From Alphaproteobacteria bacterium (GTDB lineage: Bacteria; Pseudomonadota; Alphaproteobacteria; JACZXZ01): a stretch of 64,000 nucleotides of DNA. Each line of letters starts with the position of its first letter. The stretch's first letter is position 1. The notes beneath the pieces were generated by a model. The model was not told the DNA's origin and made no database searches. It saw only the letters and a list, made by a program, of their open reading frames with translations. The position numbers and the translations under genes are program-made. Shown in pieces: positions 1-9,963 of the stretch. The DNA lies in contig JBKQRV010000093.1 in the NCBI GenBank assembly GCA_052143835.1, forward strand, positions 3,135-67,134, written 5' to 3'.

Positions 1-1675
1 CTTCGCCCGGTTCATTTCCGGAGCGCTCGTCGCGGTGTTTCGCGACGTGCTGCCATTGGGTGGCGACAGCCAGGAGGCACTCGGCCATTTTCTGCTGCTT
101 TGTACATTTGCATTCGGCTGCTCGTGCTATTTTCTCGCTCGCGCCGTCATGCCGGGATACTCGGTGGCGCAACTGTGTTTCGTTGTCGCCTCGACCTTCA
201 GCGGATTTACCCTTAACCTGGTCTACGCCAACAATTTCGATCATCTTCTCGGGATTGCGATAGGCCCGTTCATCGCGGGCATGGCAGTCATCGTGCGATG
301 GCGCGGCCGTGAGGCAATCCTCGTTGGCGCCGCCATGGCGGCGCTTCTTTGCATCTATCCGGAGATGGGGGTCATCCTGGCGCTGCCCACGGCCATTGTC
401 ATGGCTTGGCGCTTGTGGCGCTGCCGCCCGCGCTACCGGAGACTGGCGGCATTCGCGGGCCTTTTGCTTCTCGTCGTCTTCCTGGCAACGCTGCCGTGGC
501 AGAAGGTGTTGTTGCAATACATGGCTATGCAGCTCGAGGCGGGAACGGCGTCCGGCACCCGGCCCGGAGAGGGATATTTCCATACGCTGTTCGATGCGGA
601 ATGCAGCCCCGGCGCGATGTTCGGCCTCTATGCTCCGTTCCAGCCATGCACCCGCCCTCTCATCCTCAATCTGCTCAAGGACGCCGTTGCCGTGATCGGC
701 GCGCTCCTTGTGCTGGCCGGCGCATGGCGGCCTGGGCGCGCCATGGTGGCGCCGTTCGCGCTCTCGGCGCTGATCATAGCGTTGGGCACGGCCCTTATGT
801 TGCTTGAGCAAGAATATGACTACGGCGCCTTCAAGATCCTCGCCTCGGGATGGTATGTTCTGGCGCTGCTCATGGTGGTCGGAGCCGGGTCTCTCGCGGC
901 GCAGGGACCGTACTTTCAGAAAGCGATATCAGCATTGGCGCTTGCCTACGTTGCCGTCATCGGGTTGCGAGTCTGGCAGTTGGCCGGTGACGTCGCGGTT
1001 AAGGATATGGCCTATTTCCGCACGGTCGAGCATTTGGCCGACTTCGACCCTCGCGCCAGGATCGCCGTCCAATTGAGCGACAGTTTGGCGCTCGAGTGGG
1101 CGCTCTATTATCTTCGCGACAGACCGCTGGCGGTGGCGGGATTGAATCATCCCTATCTTTTCGCTCTGGATGAATTCTATGAGAGACAGTTGCAAAGCGG
1201 TCTGGGTGAGGCGGCGTATCTGCTTTCCGACACCCGTTACGACGACTGCTTCGGTCACGCCGTCCGGCAGGGCGGTCCCTATCTCCTCTACAAGCTTCCG
1301 TCAGGCGTGCGCACGATCCTCACCTATATAAGGGGACCGAACGGGAGCACCGAGCAGAGCGGGAGGGTCGCCCTCGCGGCGGGTGATCAAGACACGCGCA
1401 TCTCGATCTTCTCGGTGAGCGAGGGCATCGCGAAACTCTCGGCCGACTTAGCACTCGATCCCGGTGGGTCGGGTTTCGAGAGCCTGCGCCTCCTCATCCG
1501 CTCCAACCTCGAGGACAAAGAGGTCGCGGTTGACCAGGACGGCCATATCGCGGTCGACGTCAAGGTGCCCGCGGGCCGCTCCGAGATCCGCCTGCGCGTG
1601 CTCGACCAGGGTGCCGCGGGCTCGCCGCCTCCGCGGATCGATGCGCGGCAGATCGCGGTCTGCGCGCCGGCATAG
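1..1675 (+). CDS. Polytopic membrane protein, function unknown; 5' end lies upstream of the window
   Basis: The reading frame is open from nt 2 with no upstream stop; the listed ORF 35..1675 starts at an internal GTG. The first ~330 aa are strongly hydrophobic (multi-TM) and are followed by a ~200 aa soluble C-terminal domain. No family motif recognised. Confidence 0.5.
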   Translation, partial: FARFISGALVAVFRDVLPLGGDSQEALGHFLLLCTFAFGCSCYFLARAVMPGYSVAQLCFVVASTFSGFTLNLVYANNFDHLLGIAIGPFIAGMAVIVRWRGREAILVGAAMAALLCIYPEMGVILALPTAIVMAWRLWRCRPRYRRLAAFAGLLLLVVFLATLPWQKVLLQYMAMQLEAGTASGTRPGEGYFHTLFDAECSPGAMFGLYAPFQPCTRPLILNLLKDAVAVIGALLVLAGAWRPGRAMVAPFALSALIIALGTALMLLEQEYDYGAFKILASGWYVLALLMVVGAGSLAAQGPYFQKAISALALAYVAVIGLRVWQLAGDVAVKDMAYFRTVEHLADFDPRARIAVQLSDSLALEWALYYLRDRPLAVAGLNHPYLFALDEFYERQLQSGLGEAAYLLSDTRYDDCFGHAVRQGGPYLLYKLPSGVRTILTYIRGPNGSTEQSGRVALAAGDQDTRISIFSVSEGIAKLSADLALDPGGSGFESLRLLIRSNLEDKEVAVDQDGHIAVDVKVPAGRSEIRLRVLDQGAAGSPPPRIDARQIAVCAPA

Positions 1676-1806
1676 GCAATAAGCCGTTGCGCCGGCCCGC
1701 GCGGTGGGGCAGTAAAGTCGGGTTCGCCGAGAGCTGCGGTGGCGCGGAAGGCACCCCGGCGCCGCGGATCGAGAAGAAGCCCGGGTCCGGGTCGTACAAA
1801 AGGTTC

Positions 1807-2703
1807 ATGTCCGCCATGCTCAATCCTCCCGCGGAAATGCCCTGCCGTATCTGCGGCTCTTCCGCAGGGTTCATCGGCAGCAAGGCGGGAAAATTCGTGA
1901 GGAGCGACTTCAACCTCTACCGCTGCGCCGATTGCGGGCTCGCCTTCGTCGGCAATCCGATCACGGATCACAAGGCGGTCTATTCGGAAGATTTCTATAA
2001 GGGTCGCGGTGCCGACCCGATGGTCGATTACGAATTCGAGCTGTACCACCCGCAGGAGACGGTGCGCATCTACGAATGGCGCGGCATTCTGCGGGTCGTC
2101 ACGGCCTTGAGGGGCGAGACAAAGGGGTGCCGCTGGCTCGATTTCGGCTGCGGCAATGGCGGCCTGGTACGCCACCTCCGCGAAAAGGGTGCGGCCGACG
2201 CTGTCGGGTTCGACGAAGGATGGATTGCGGATCGGGCGCGCGCGCTCGGCATCCCGATACTGCGGTCAGAGGAGCTCGCCTCCCATCGAGGCGCCTTCGA
2301 CGTGGTGACCGCGATGGAGGTGTTCGAGCACTTGCCGGATCCGGTGTCGAGCCTCAGGGACATCCGAGCGCTGATGAGACCGGGGGGCCTGCTGTTCTAT
2401 ACGACGGGCAATGCGCGTCCGCACCGGAACGCGCTCATCGCCTGGCCCTACGTCTTGCCGGAAGTCCACGTCAGCTTCTACGAGCCGAGGACCTTGCATC
2501 GCCTGCTGAGCCGAACGGGCTTTCGTACCGAGCACCGCGGATTCGTCCCCGGCTTCGAGGACATCATACGCTTCAAGGTGCTGAAGAACCTGCGCCTGCG
2601 CACGACCGCGACGTGGGAGAAGGCGATGCCTTGGCCGCTCGTTTCCCGGATCGTGGACGCCAAGTACGGGGTCACCGCGCATCCGGTCGCCTGGGCAGCG
2701 TGA
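1807..2703 (+). CDS. Class I SAM-dependent methyltransferase with N-terminal CxxC..CxxC zinc ribbon
   Basis: CRICGSS..CADCGL zinc ribbon; motif I LDFGCGNGG; FDVVTAMEVFEHLPDP; LMRPGGLL. The ATG at 1807 is in frame with the TTG-initiated track ORF 1687..2703. Confidence 0.75.
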   Translation: MSAMLNPPAEMPCRICGSSAGFIGSKAGKFVRSDFNLYRCADCGLAFVGNPITDHKAVYSEDFYKGRGADPMVDYEFELYHPQETVRIYEWRGILRVVTALRGETKGCRWLDFGCGNGGLVRHLREKGAADAVGFDEGWIADRARALGIPILRSEELASHRGAFDVVTAMEVFEHLPDPVSSLRDIRALMRPGGLLFYTTGNARPHRNALIAWPYVLPEVHVSFYEPRTLHRLLSRTGFRTEHRGFVPGFEDIIRFKVLKNLRLRTTATWEKAMPWPLVSRIVDAKYGVTAHPVAWAA

Positions 2704-2720
2704 ACGCCCGACGGCGAGGC

Positions 2721-3476
2721 TCATCGGCCCTGCGCGCGCGAGGCCTCTTTATGGCCGACCAGGATATGCACCTGGACCGGGGTGAGCGCTGACGGCACCG
2801 TGATGCCGTAGAGCACGACTTTGCGGCCCCTCGGCATGTGTTCGACCTCGACCTTCGGCAGGAATTCGGCGACCATGTCGCGCAGATCCTCGACGACATA
2901 CTGGAGCGTCGGCGGGTGCGACGAGATGAGCGGGATGATCCGTACCGCGCTTCGGTAGGCCAGCCGCTCCAGGCGATAGAACCAACGCGGCACGCACGAC
3001 TCCACGAGGATGAAGCGGCCGCCCGGCTTCAGCACGCGGCTCGCCTCTTGAATGGCGCGACGCGCGTTGGCCTTGCAGTCCGCGACGCTGCTGCCGACCA
3101 GATGGTGGATCAGCATCACGATGAGCACGCCGTCGAAAGACGCGTCCGGCTCGGGGATGTCGAGCGCGCTGCCCGTCCTGGCCTGGGCATTGGGCGGCAG
3201 GGTGTTCTTGCAAATCTCCGGCGGCAGCTGGTCGAAGAAGAGATCCAACGCCATGATCTCGCCGACGCGCGTCGCGTCGTAATTGCACACACCTCCGTTT
3301 CCGATGTCGAGCATCCGGCCTATCCCGGCGATCTTCTCGCTTACGTATTTGCGCAACTGGACGTAAGTATCGATGGTCTCGAGGCTCTTCCTGTATTCCG
3401 CGAGGTGGTCCAGGAAGAACTGCCTATTGGTCGCCTGAGCGTCCGCCTGGACGGGGTCGGCAAGGTGGACACTCAC
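2721..3476 (-). CDS. Class I SAM-dependent methyltransferase
   Basis: Motif I MLDIGNGG; VLIVMLIHHL; RVLKPGGRFILVE. Likely GTG start preceded by a GGAGAGG Shine-Dalgarno; the track start is TTG at 3533. There is no internal ATG before motif I. Confidence 0.65.
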   Translation of the reverse strand: MSVHLADPVQADAQATNRQFFLDHLAEYRKSLETIDTYVQLRKYVSEKIAGIGRMLDIGNGGVCNYDATRVGEIMALDLFFDQLPPEICKNTLPPNAQARTGSALDIPEPDASFDGVLIVMLIHHLVGSSVADCKANARRAIQEASRVLKPGGRFILVESCVPRWFYRLERLAYRSAVRIIPLISSHPPTLQYVVEDLRDMVAEFLPKVEVEHMPRGRKVVLYGITVPSALTPVQVHILVGHKEASRAQGR

Positions 3477-3641
3477 GAAGGGCCTCTCCAAGCAATCGCG
3501 GAAACGAGGTGTGCCGCGCCAGAGTTGCGGCAAGCCATCGCAAAGACTTGTTGCAATGGCTTGTTCAAGTCAAGTCAAGACTTACTTCGCTCGAGCTCTC
3601 GCCTGTCCCCGACGGCGCTCGGCCGCGGCGGCGCTTCGAGC

Positions 3642-4664
3642 CTAGGGTCCGTGCGAGCGCGGCGTCTCGCCGGTGCCGGGTCCGGAGCCGGGGCCGCGCC
3701 GGTCGCGCACGCCGACGTTGACGGCGCGCGCGACGACGAACTGCGGGCGCCTGCGCACCTCGTCATAGATGCGCCCGATGTATTCCCCGAGCACGCCGAC
3801 CGCCATGAGCTGCACCCCGCCCATGAAGAGCACGAGGATGATGATCGTCGGCACGCCCATCGGGTAATCCATGCCGAATGCCACCTTGGCGGCGAGGACG
3901 AAGACGATCATCGCTAGGCTGAACAGGAGCACTCCGAAGCCGGTCCACAGCATGAAGGAGAGCGGATATGTCGAGAAACCGAACACGCCGTTGAAGCCGA
4001 TCCTGAGCGAGCCGAGATAGCGGTTGTATTTGCTGATGCCGGCCTCCCGGGCCTCGCGCTCGTATTCGAGGAAGGTCTGGCGGAAGCCGACCAGCGCAAC
4101 GAGGCCTCTGAGAAAGCCGTGGCCCTCGCTGAGCTCGCGCAGCTCCTCGATCACGCGCCGATTTAGGATGCGGAAATCGCCCGTGTTGCGCGGTATCGAG
4201 ACATCGGAGATGCGGTCGATCAGGCGGTAGCCGAATTCGGCGACGAAGCGCTTCATCGCCGTCTCGCCCTTGCGGCTCGCGCGCCGCGCGGTCACCACGT
4301 CGAAGCCTTCCGCGAGCTTGGCGTGCATCTTCTCGATCAGCTCGGGCGGATCCTGGAGGTCGACGTCGATCACCACGCAGCTCTCGCCCCGGCAGTTCAG
4401 GATTCCGGCCATCGTCGCGGCTGGCTGACCGAAGCGCCGGCTGAAGAGGAGAAGCCCGATCCGCGGATCGCGCGCCGCCTCCTCGGCGATGATCGCCTCG
4501 GTGCGGTCGGGACCGGGATCGAGGCAGAAGATGATCTCATAAGACCCGATGCGCTCGAGCACCGGACGCAGGCGGGCGAGAAAGGGGCGGATATTGTCTT
4601 CTTCCCGATAGACCGGAACGACGACCGAAATCCTGGGGATCGCTTCCTCGTCCATGCCCATCAT
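3642..4664 (-). CDS. GT2 polyprenyl-phosphate sugar synthase-like glycosyltransferase (DPM1/ArnC/GtrB-like) with C-terminal TM helices
   Basis: ISVVVPVYREEDNI, DPGPDRT, VIDVDLQDPPE, then two hydrophobic C-terminal helices. Start taken at MMGMDEE; the track ORF extends to 4784. Confidence 0.75.
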   Translation of the reverse strand: MMGMDEEAIPRISVVVPVYREEDNIRPFLARLRPVLERIGSYEIIFCLDPGPDRTEAIIAEEAARDPRIGLLLFSRRFGQPAATMAGILNCRGESCVVIDVDLQDPPELIEKMHAKLAEGFDVVTARRASRKGETAMKRFVAEFGYRLIDRISDVSIPRNTGDFRILNRRVIEELRELSEGHGFLRGLVALVGFRQTFLEYEREAREAGISKYNRYLGSLRIGFNGVFGFSTYPLSFMLWTGFGVLLFSLAMIVFVLAAKVAFGMDYPMGVPTIIILVLFMGGVQLMAVGVLGEYIGRIYDEVRRRPQFVVARAVNVGVRDRRGPGSGPGTGETPRSHGP

Positions 4665-4933
4665 CGCTTTTGGGACAACCTTGATGTCGAACAGCGGAAT
4701 GACGAATGGAATGTTAGCACATCGGGTTTCGCGCGACGGTCGCGGCAATGAGCGCGGCTCTTTACACACAATCCGCAGGGGCAAGTCAAGCGATCAGCCC
4801 GAAGCGCATGCGCGGCCGCCAAGAAGACGGGCAGGCCAAGGACTCCGGGCTGGACTTTCATGGGCGAGGACTCTAAGCATTCGGCACCGGATGCCCCGCG
4901 CATCGTGGTCCGAGGGCCGCTTGGTATGCCGAG

Positions 4934-5845
4934 ATGACGAAGTTCGCCTTTGACTTTCCGAGGCCTCGAGAGGCCGCGGCGGCGCCGGTGTGGCAGGGCG
5001 ATGCGTTTTGCGTCGGAGACGAGAAGCGGCGCATCGTCGCCTACGACGTCGGCGCCTCGGGGTGGACCGACGAGCTCACGCATCTCCATGAGGAGAAGGA
5101 CGCGGAGACGCATTTCATCAGCGTGGCGTCCCGCAACTGCGCGCTCGGCGCGATCAGGCGGCTCAACACCGCCAAGAGGCCGGTCATTCTCGAGATCGGC
5201 TGCGCGTCGGGCTATTTCCTGCGCGATCTCGTGGCCGCGTTTCCGGACGCCGATATCATCGGCGCCGATTATACGCTCGCGACGCTCGAGGCGGTCGCGG
5301 ATCGCGTTCGCGGCATCCCGCTTCTTCGCTTCGACCTCACGCAATGCCCGCTCCCCGACGCGTCGGTGGACGTCGTTGTCACGCTCAATGTGCTGGAGCA
5401 CATCGAGAGGGACGACTTGGCACTCCAGCACATCTATCGCATCCTGAAGCCGGGCGGCCTGATGATCGCCGAAGTGCCCGCCGACCCGGGGCTTTACGAC
5501 AGCTACGACAAGCTCCTCATGCATTATCGCCGCTACGACATGAAAGAGCTCGAGCGCCTGACGCTCGCCGCGGGCTTCGCCACGCTCGAGAAGTCGCATC
5601 TCGGCTTTTTGCTCTATCCGGCGTTCTGGCTGACGAAGAAGCTTTCCCGCTTGTCCCGGCGTACGCCGGGGCCGGGGAGCGATGCGGACGTCCGCGCGAG
5701 GGTCGAGCGCTCGATCGCGACGACGCGCCGGTGGAACCGTCTCGTCTACCGCCTCATGGATTTCGAGGGCTGGCTGCGCCACCGCGTCTATTTGCCGGTC
5801 GGGATTCGCTGCCTCATCAACTGCCGCAAGCCGGTGCTTAAGTGA
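4934..5845 (+). CDS. Class I SAM-dependent methyltransferase
   Basis: Motif I ILEIGCASGY; VDVVVTLNVLEHIERD; ILKPGGLMIAE. ATG start. Confidence 0.7.
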   Translation: MTKFAFDFPRPREAAAAPVWQGDAFCVGDEKRRIVAYDVGASGWTDELTHLHEEKDAETHFISVASRNCALGAIRRLNTAKRPVILEIGCASGYFLRDLVAAFPDADIIGADYTLATLEAVADRVRGIPLLRFDLTQCPLPDASVDVVVTLNVLEHIERDDLALQHIYRILKPGGLMIAEVPADPGLYDSYDKLLMHYRRYDMKELERLTLAAGFATLEKSHLGFLLYPAFWLTKKLSRLSRRTPGPGSDADVRARVERSIATTRRWNRLVYRLMDFEGWLRHRVYLPVGIRCLINCRKPVLK

Positions 5846-6072
5846 GAGCGGCGGTTTCGCGGCATTCGCAGCACCGTCGGGCCTGAGAGGGACGCGCGGC
5901 AATTGGGACCGGCCGAGCTCGTCGCGGCGAGGCGAGATGGGACGCGAAGGGCGCGGCATTGTAACTTGACCCGCGGGCCTCGGCGAGTTAACAGCCAGAC
6001 GGCGCTTGGTGGCGGACGCGCGCGCGAGTGCGCGCCGGACGCCGCGGAAGCAGCAAGGGAAATCGAACGACG

Positions 6073-7056
6073 ATGTCGAGTGCCGCCCCTCGCTCCGCCC
6101 ACGTGAAGAGATGGCTCGCGCTTTTCGGCAAGGGGGCGGTCTCCGCCTTCCTGCTCTGGCTCATGCTCCGGCATCTCGATTGGGCCGACGTCATCGCGCG
6201 CCTCCATAGTATTTCTCCGTTCTCGCTCCTCGGCGCGCTCCTGCTCACCTATGTCGGCACGTCGCTCTCGGCGGCGAGGTGGTGGCTCATTCTATCGGCG
6301 GTCAATTATCGGCTGCCGATCACCGATTTGCTGCGCTACGTCTTCGTGGGTTTCTTCTTCAACCAAGCATTGCCCTCGACCGTCGGGGGCGATGCCATGC
6401 GCATTGTCCTCGGCACGCGCGCCGGCCTGCCGGTGGACGTGGCCTTCCGCTCGGTGTTCGCGGAGCGGCTGATCGGCCTCTTCGTGCTGTTGCTGTTGAG
6501 CCTCGCCGGCCTGCCCAAGATCATGCGGTACTTCGACATGGACTATCATGCCTGGCTGTTGGCCGGCGTGGTCGTGGGCGGGCTCGTCGGCATGATCGCC
6601 GGCTGGTTTCTCATCAACGTCAGCGGCTGGCTCAGGCGTTTTCGCCTCGGCCGTCTCGTGCACAACGTCGCGCGCGACGTCCTGGCCGTCCTCATGCATC
6701 GCCACTATTTCATCCTGATCGCGGTGATCTCGCTCATCGGCCAAGTGTTGGGGTGCCTCGCGATCTGGGCCATCGCCCGCGGCCTGGGGACCGGCCTCGA
6801 CCCGATTCATACGCTGCTCGTGGTGCCCATCGTCCTCGTGCTCCTCATGGTGCCCATCTCCATCGCGGGCTGGGGGCTGCGCGAGTCGATGCTGCTCGTA
6901 GGCCTCGGCATCGTCGGCGTGAGCCCAGGGGATGCGGTTTTGACCTCGCTGCTTTATGGCCTCGTCAATCTGTTCGGAAGCCTCATCGGCGGGGTGTTGT
7001 GGCTGTTGGGCGGCAGCCGCCGCGGCGCGCTTAAGACGGAGGCGAAGCCCCTTTAA
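6073..7056 (+). CDS. Flippase-like integral membrane protein (LPG-synthase-TM / UPF0104-type domain)
   Basis: About 8 predicted TM segments; conserved-looking FFFNQALPSTVGGDAMR loop. These proteins typically accompany GT2 polyprenyl-P-sugar synthases. The ATG at 6073 is in frame with the track ORF start at 6028. Confidence 0.55.
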   Translation: MSSAAPRSAHVKRWLALFGKGAVSAFLLWLMLRHLDWADVIARLHSISPFSLLGALLLTYVGTSLSAARWWLILSAVNYRLPITDLLRYVFVGFFFNQALPSTVGGDAMRIVLGTRAGLPVDVAFRSVFAERLIGLFVLLLLSLAGLPKIMRYFDMDYHAWLLAGVVVGGLVGMIAGWFLINVSGWLRRFRLGRLVHNVARDVLAVLMHRHYFILIAVISLIGQVLGCLAIWAIARGLGTGLDPIHTLLVVPIVLVLLMVPISIAGWGLRESMLLVGLGIVGVSPGDAVLTSLLYGLVNLFGSLIGGVLWLLGGSRRGALKTEAKPL

Positions 7057-7345
7057 GGGGGATTCTCCCTTCAATTCCCCATCATTCATTCCACCGCAAT
7101 GGAGGTTGTCAGGGCTCTATTGGGTGGCGCCGAAGTCGTCTCCAGGCTGAAAAGCCGCGCGGAGCTTGTGGAGGGCACTGTCGAAGCGTTCGCGCGCCTC
7201 TAAAGCAAAATCCACAGAGAGGCGGCCCAATACCCTCGCAGACGTTGGCCCGGCCGCGCGGTTTCTGGCTATAATGACACCACGTCAGCGGCCGGATTCG
7301 ACCTGCGGGGATATCACGGGACGATAGCATTCGGGAGTTAGGGCG

Positions 7346-8683
7346 GTGAAGAGTTGGCTTAAGGACCGTGCGCGCGGTTTGGTCGGCTATTACGACCTTC
7401 GCCAAGCTTTGGCGCGCATCGAGGACACCCTGAGTGTGGTCCTTTGGCGACAGGCGGATATTCTGGAAACGGACCGCGTTAACCTCTCTCGTTTGGAAGT
7501 CGCTGACTCGGCAAAATCCCGAATGAAAGGATCAAACTATTCATTCGCCAAGCGAGAGGTCTTGCGCCGACGCGCAATGGAATCGCAGCGGAGCGTACTC
7601 AGCCGGCTCGTCTGCGCGGCCTGTCTCGGCAACTTGGAACGACCGAGCGAAGGCGCCGAGCTGGCTTGCGCCAAATGCGGCGGGCGCTACGAGATTCGCG
7701 ACGATGTCCCGATCATGTTGGTCATGGACCCCAATTGGGCCAAGAAACGGGATGAGATCGTCGGCGAAGTCGCCTACAACGCGCGCACGGCACCTCCACA
7801 CGTGCATGAGCAGCGCAACAGCTTCATGAACGAGAGCAGCCGCTCTCTGCTGAAATCGCTGAACATCGAGCTATCCCAGGACGACGTCCTCATCGTCGGC
7901 TGCTCCATGGCGGAAGCGGAATGCTTTGAGCCCCTCGCGCGCTCGTCGGTAGCGCTCGACATCGTCCCCGAGCTCACGTTGGCCTACCAGAAACACAGCG
8001 CAGGGGAAGGGCGGAACGTCGCGTGGATCTGCGGGGACGGCGAATGCTTGCCTTTCGCTGCCGGGACGTTCGATACCGTGATCGTGCGCCAGGCGCTGCA
8101 CCACATGCTGAAGTATTATTCCGCTATCAGCGAGTTCTTCCGCGTTTGCCGCGTCGGCGGACGCGTCATCATCATCGAGGAGCCATACAGCAAACCGGAC
8201 CTGGCCGACGCGGCTCTGCTCGAATTGCCCGATGATTTTCCGCTCTACGGAACAATCCGCCTCGGAGATCTGCGTCGGCGGCTCGGCGTGCCAAGCGTGG
8301 CGTCCACCGGCACCAGCGGCCGCGAGCTGATCGACTTCAGCCGATTGGAGGCGATAAAAGCGTATATTCCCGCGATCGCTGGCGATAACGAAAGCCTGCT
8401 CGCCGACAAGTACCACGCCTTCGCGACGATCAATTTGATTCTCTCGCTTCGCCTTCACACCGACGAGTTCGATCTGCTTTGGCCGGACAGGGTCGGTTGG
8501 GTGGACCACTCGGGTGAGGAGATCGCCTTCTGCACCGGCGCCAATCCGGCCGTGACTCAGCCCTTGATCGAGCGCCTGGCCGCCGCGAGCACGCTTTCGG
8601 TCATTGCCCGCAAATCACGCAAGACGACCGTTCTGCGCATCCGCGACGACCTCAAAGCCTCGCCAATGCAAGCGGTGTCGTGA
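7346..8683 (+). CDS. Trm112-like zinc-ribbon domain fused to a class I SAM methyltransferase
   Basis: CAACLG..CAKCGGRYEIRDDVPIML (Trm112-like); LPFAAGTFDTVIVRQALHHM; VGGRVIIIEEP. GTG start with a GGGAG Shine-Dalgarno 8 nt upstream. Confidence 0.6.
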   Translation: MKSWLKDRARGLVGYYDLRQALARIEDTLSVVLWRQADILETDRVNLSRLEVADSAKSRMKGSNYSFAKREVLRRRAMESQRSVLSRLVCAACLGNLERPSEGAELACAKCGGRYEIRDDVPIMLVMDPNWAKKRDEIVGEVAYNARTAPPHVHEQRNSFMNESSRSLLKSLNIELSQDDVLIVGCSMAEAECFEPLARSSVALDIVPELTLAYQKHSAGEGRNVAWICGDGECLPFAAGTFDTVIVRQALHHMLKYYSAISEFFRVCRVGGRVIIIEEPYSKPDLADAALLELPDDFPLYGTIRLGDLRRRLGVPSVASTGTSGRELIDFSRLEAIKAYIPAIAGDNESLLADKYHAFATINLILSLRLHTDEFDLLWPDRVGWVDHSGEEIAFCTGANPAVTQPLIERLAAASTLSVIARKSRKTTVLRIRDDLKASPMQAVS

Positions 8684-8716
8684 GGCTTCAAGCCGCGACC
8701 CGGCCGTCCATCGCAC

Positions 8717-8748
8717 GAGCCCCGCGCGGCGTGGGGGCTCTCTTGCTG
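8717..8748 (+). terminator. Candidate intrinsic terminator after the 7346..8683 gene
   Basis: GAGCCCC-gcgcggcgt-GGGGCTC, a perfect 7 bp stem with a 9 nt loop, followed by tcttgctg. It lies in the 133 bp convergent gap. Confidence 0.3.
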
Positions 8749-8816
8749 CCGAGTGCCGCTGTGCTGAGGTCATGACGCTGGGCCGACGCGATGCGATGGG
8801 ATCATGCGCTGCCGCC

Positions 8817-9686
8817 TCAGTCGCGTCCGATGATGAGGCCTCGCATGCGGCGCGCGAAGATCTTGGTCAGGCTCCAAGCGACCGAGACCCAGTTGCGCCA
8901 TTGCAGCGCCTTCGAGCGGCCGGCCTTGCGCTCGTAAGAGACCGCATCGACCTCCACGAAGGAGGCGCCCTGATCCAGGACGCGTGTGAGCAATTCGGCC
9001 TGGAAGCCGAAGCCGGTGCCCTCGGTGTGATAGCGCAGCACGTAGGAGCGCCGATAGCAGTTGCCGCCGTTGTAATAGCGCGGCTTGTGACCGCTCAAGA
9101 GACGCACCAACGTCGCGAAGGCGCGCGAGAGGAGGATGCGGGCGCGGCTCTTCCCCAAGATCGTTCGATGGCAGGGCACGATGACGTCCGCCTTGTCGAG
9201 CGCGCGGAAGATATTGACGAAGGTCTCCACCGGCTCGACGTCGTCGCCCCAGGCGATACGATGGTAGCGCCCCTTGGCCAAGAAGGCGCTGTCGTAGCAA
9301 TTGCGCGCGATGCCGCGGCGGCGCTCGTGCCGCACCAAGGTGATATCCGTCTCCGGGTGCTCGCGCATGTAACGCTCGACCACGTCTGCGGTCCGATCGG
9401 TCGATGCGTCGTCGAAGACGTGCGCCTCGTAGGTGATGCCGGTCTGCCGCGCCGCCTCGGCGATCGTATCGAGGGTGCCGCAGACCCCGTCCTCCTCGTT
9501 GAGCACGGGGATGTAGAGCGTGATGTCGACCGTGCCGCTGAAGAGTTCATCGTAGAAATCCAGAAGCCCAGGCCGGCGGCCCGGAAATCCGTGGATCACG
9601 CGTGACCTTGCGGCGAGCGCCGGCCTCTCTACGTCCTCGCTGCCCATTCTCTTGCCCATTCGGCACTCGTCGCCGGACCAAGCCAT
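8817..9686 (-). CDS. GT2 family glycosyltransferase (soluble type)
   Basis: DITLYIPVLNEED, HVFDDASTDRT, and a DxD-like region. ATG at 9686; alternative ATGs at 9659 and 9647. Confidence 0.7.
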   Translation of the reverse strand: MAWSGDECRMGKRMGSEDVERPALAARSRVIHGFPGRRPGLLDFYDELFSGTVDITLYIPVLNEEDGVCGTLDTIAEAARQTGITYEAHVFDDASTDRTADVVERYMREHPETDITLVRHERRRGIARNCYDSAFLAKGRYHRIAWGDDVEPVETFVNIFRALDKADVIVPCHRTILGKSRARILLSRAFATLVRLLSGHKPRYYNGGNCYRRSYVLRYHTEGTGFGFQAELLTRVLDQGASFVEVDAVSYERKAGRSKALQWRNWVSVAWSLTKIFARRMRGLIIGRD

Positions 9687-9963
9687 CCGCGGGAGACGTT
9701 ATGCTGATCGCTCAAGGGGGCGCAAGGGTGCGCGTGGGTCCTCAACGGGCCCGTTCCGAGGCCCGTGAATGTGGCGGCAACCGTTTGCTAACCTCTTCAA
9801 TCTTCGAGTAATTCGATGCGAGCGAGGAGACCCAAATGGGCACCTTCGCGGGAAATTGCGGTATTGATATCGCTCCGGACATCGCTATGATCTCGTCCCA
9901 CGACGGTGGGCAGAAACCAGGGCCTCGGTCATCCGATCGGCCCGCAGAGGAGAAATCTCGATC

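Noticed and set aside
1387-2175. 262 aa minus-strand ORF overlapping the end of the first membrane protein and MTase 1807..2703
   Set aside because: Antisense shadow ORF with no recognisable features.
4661-5959. 432 aa minus-strand ORF across MTase 4934..5845
   Set aside because: Antisense to a clear SAM-MTase; low-complexity R/A/P-rich.
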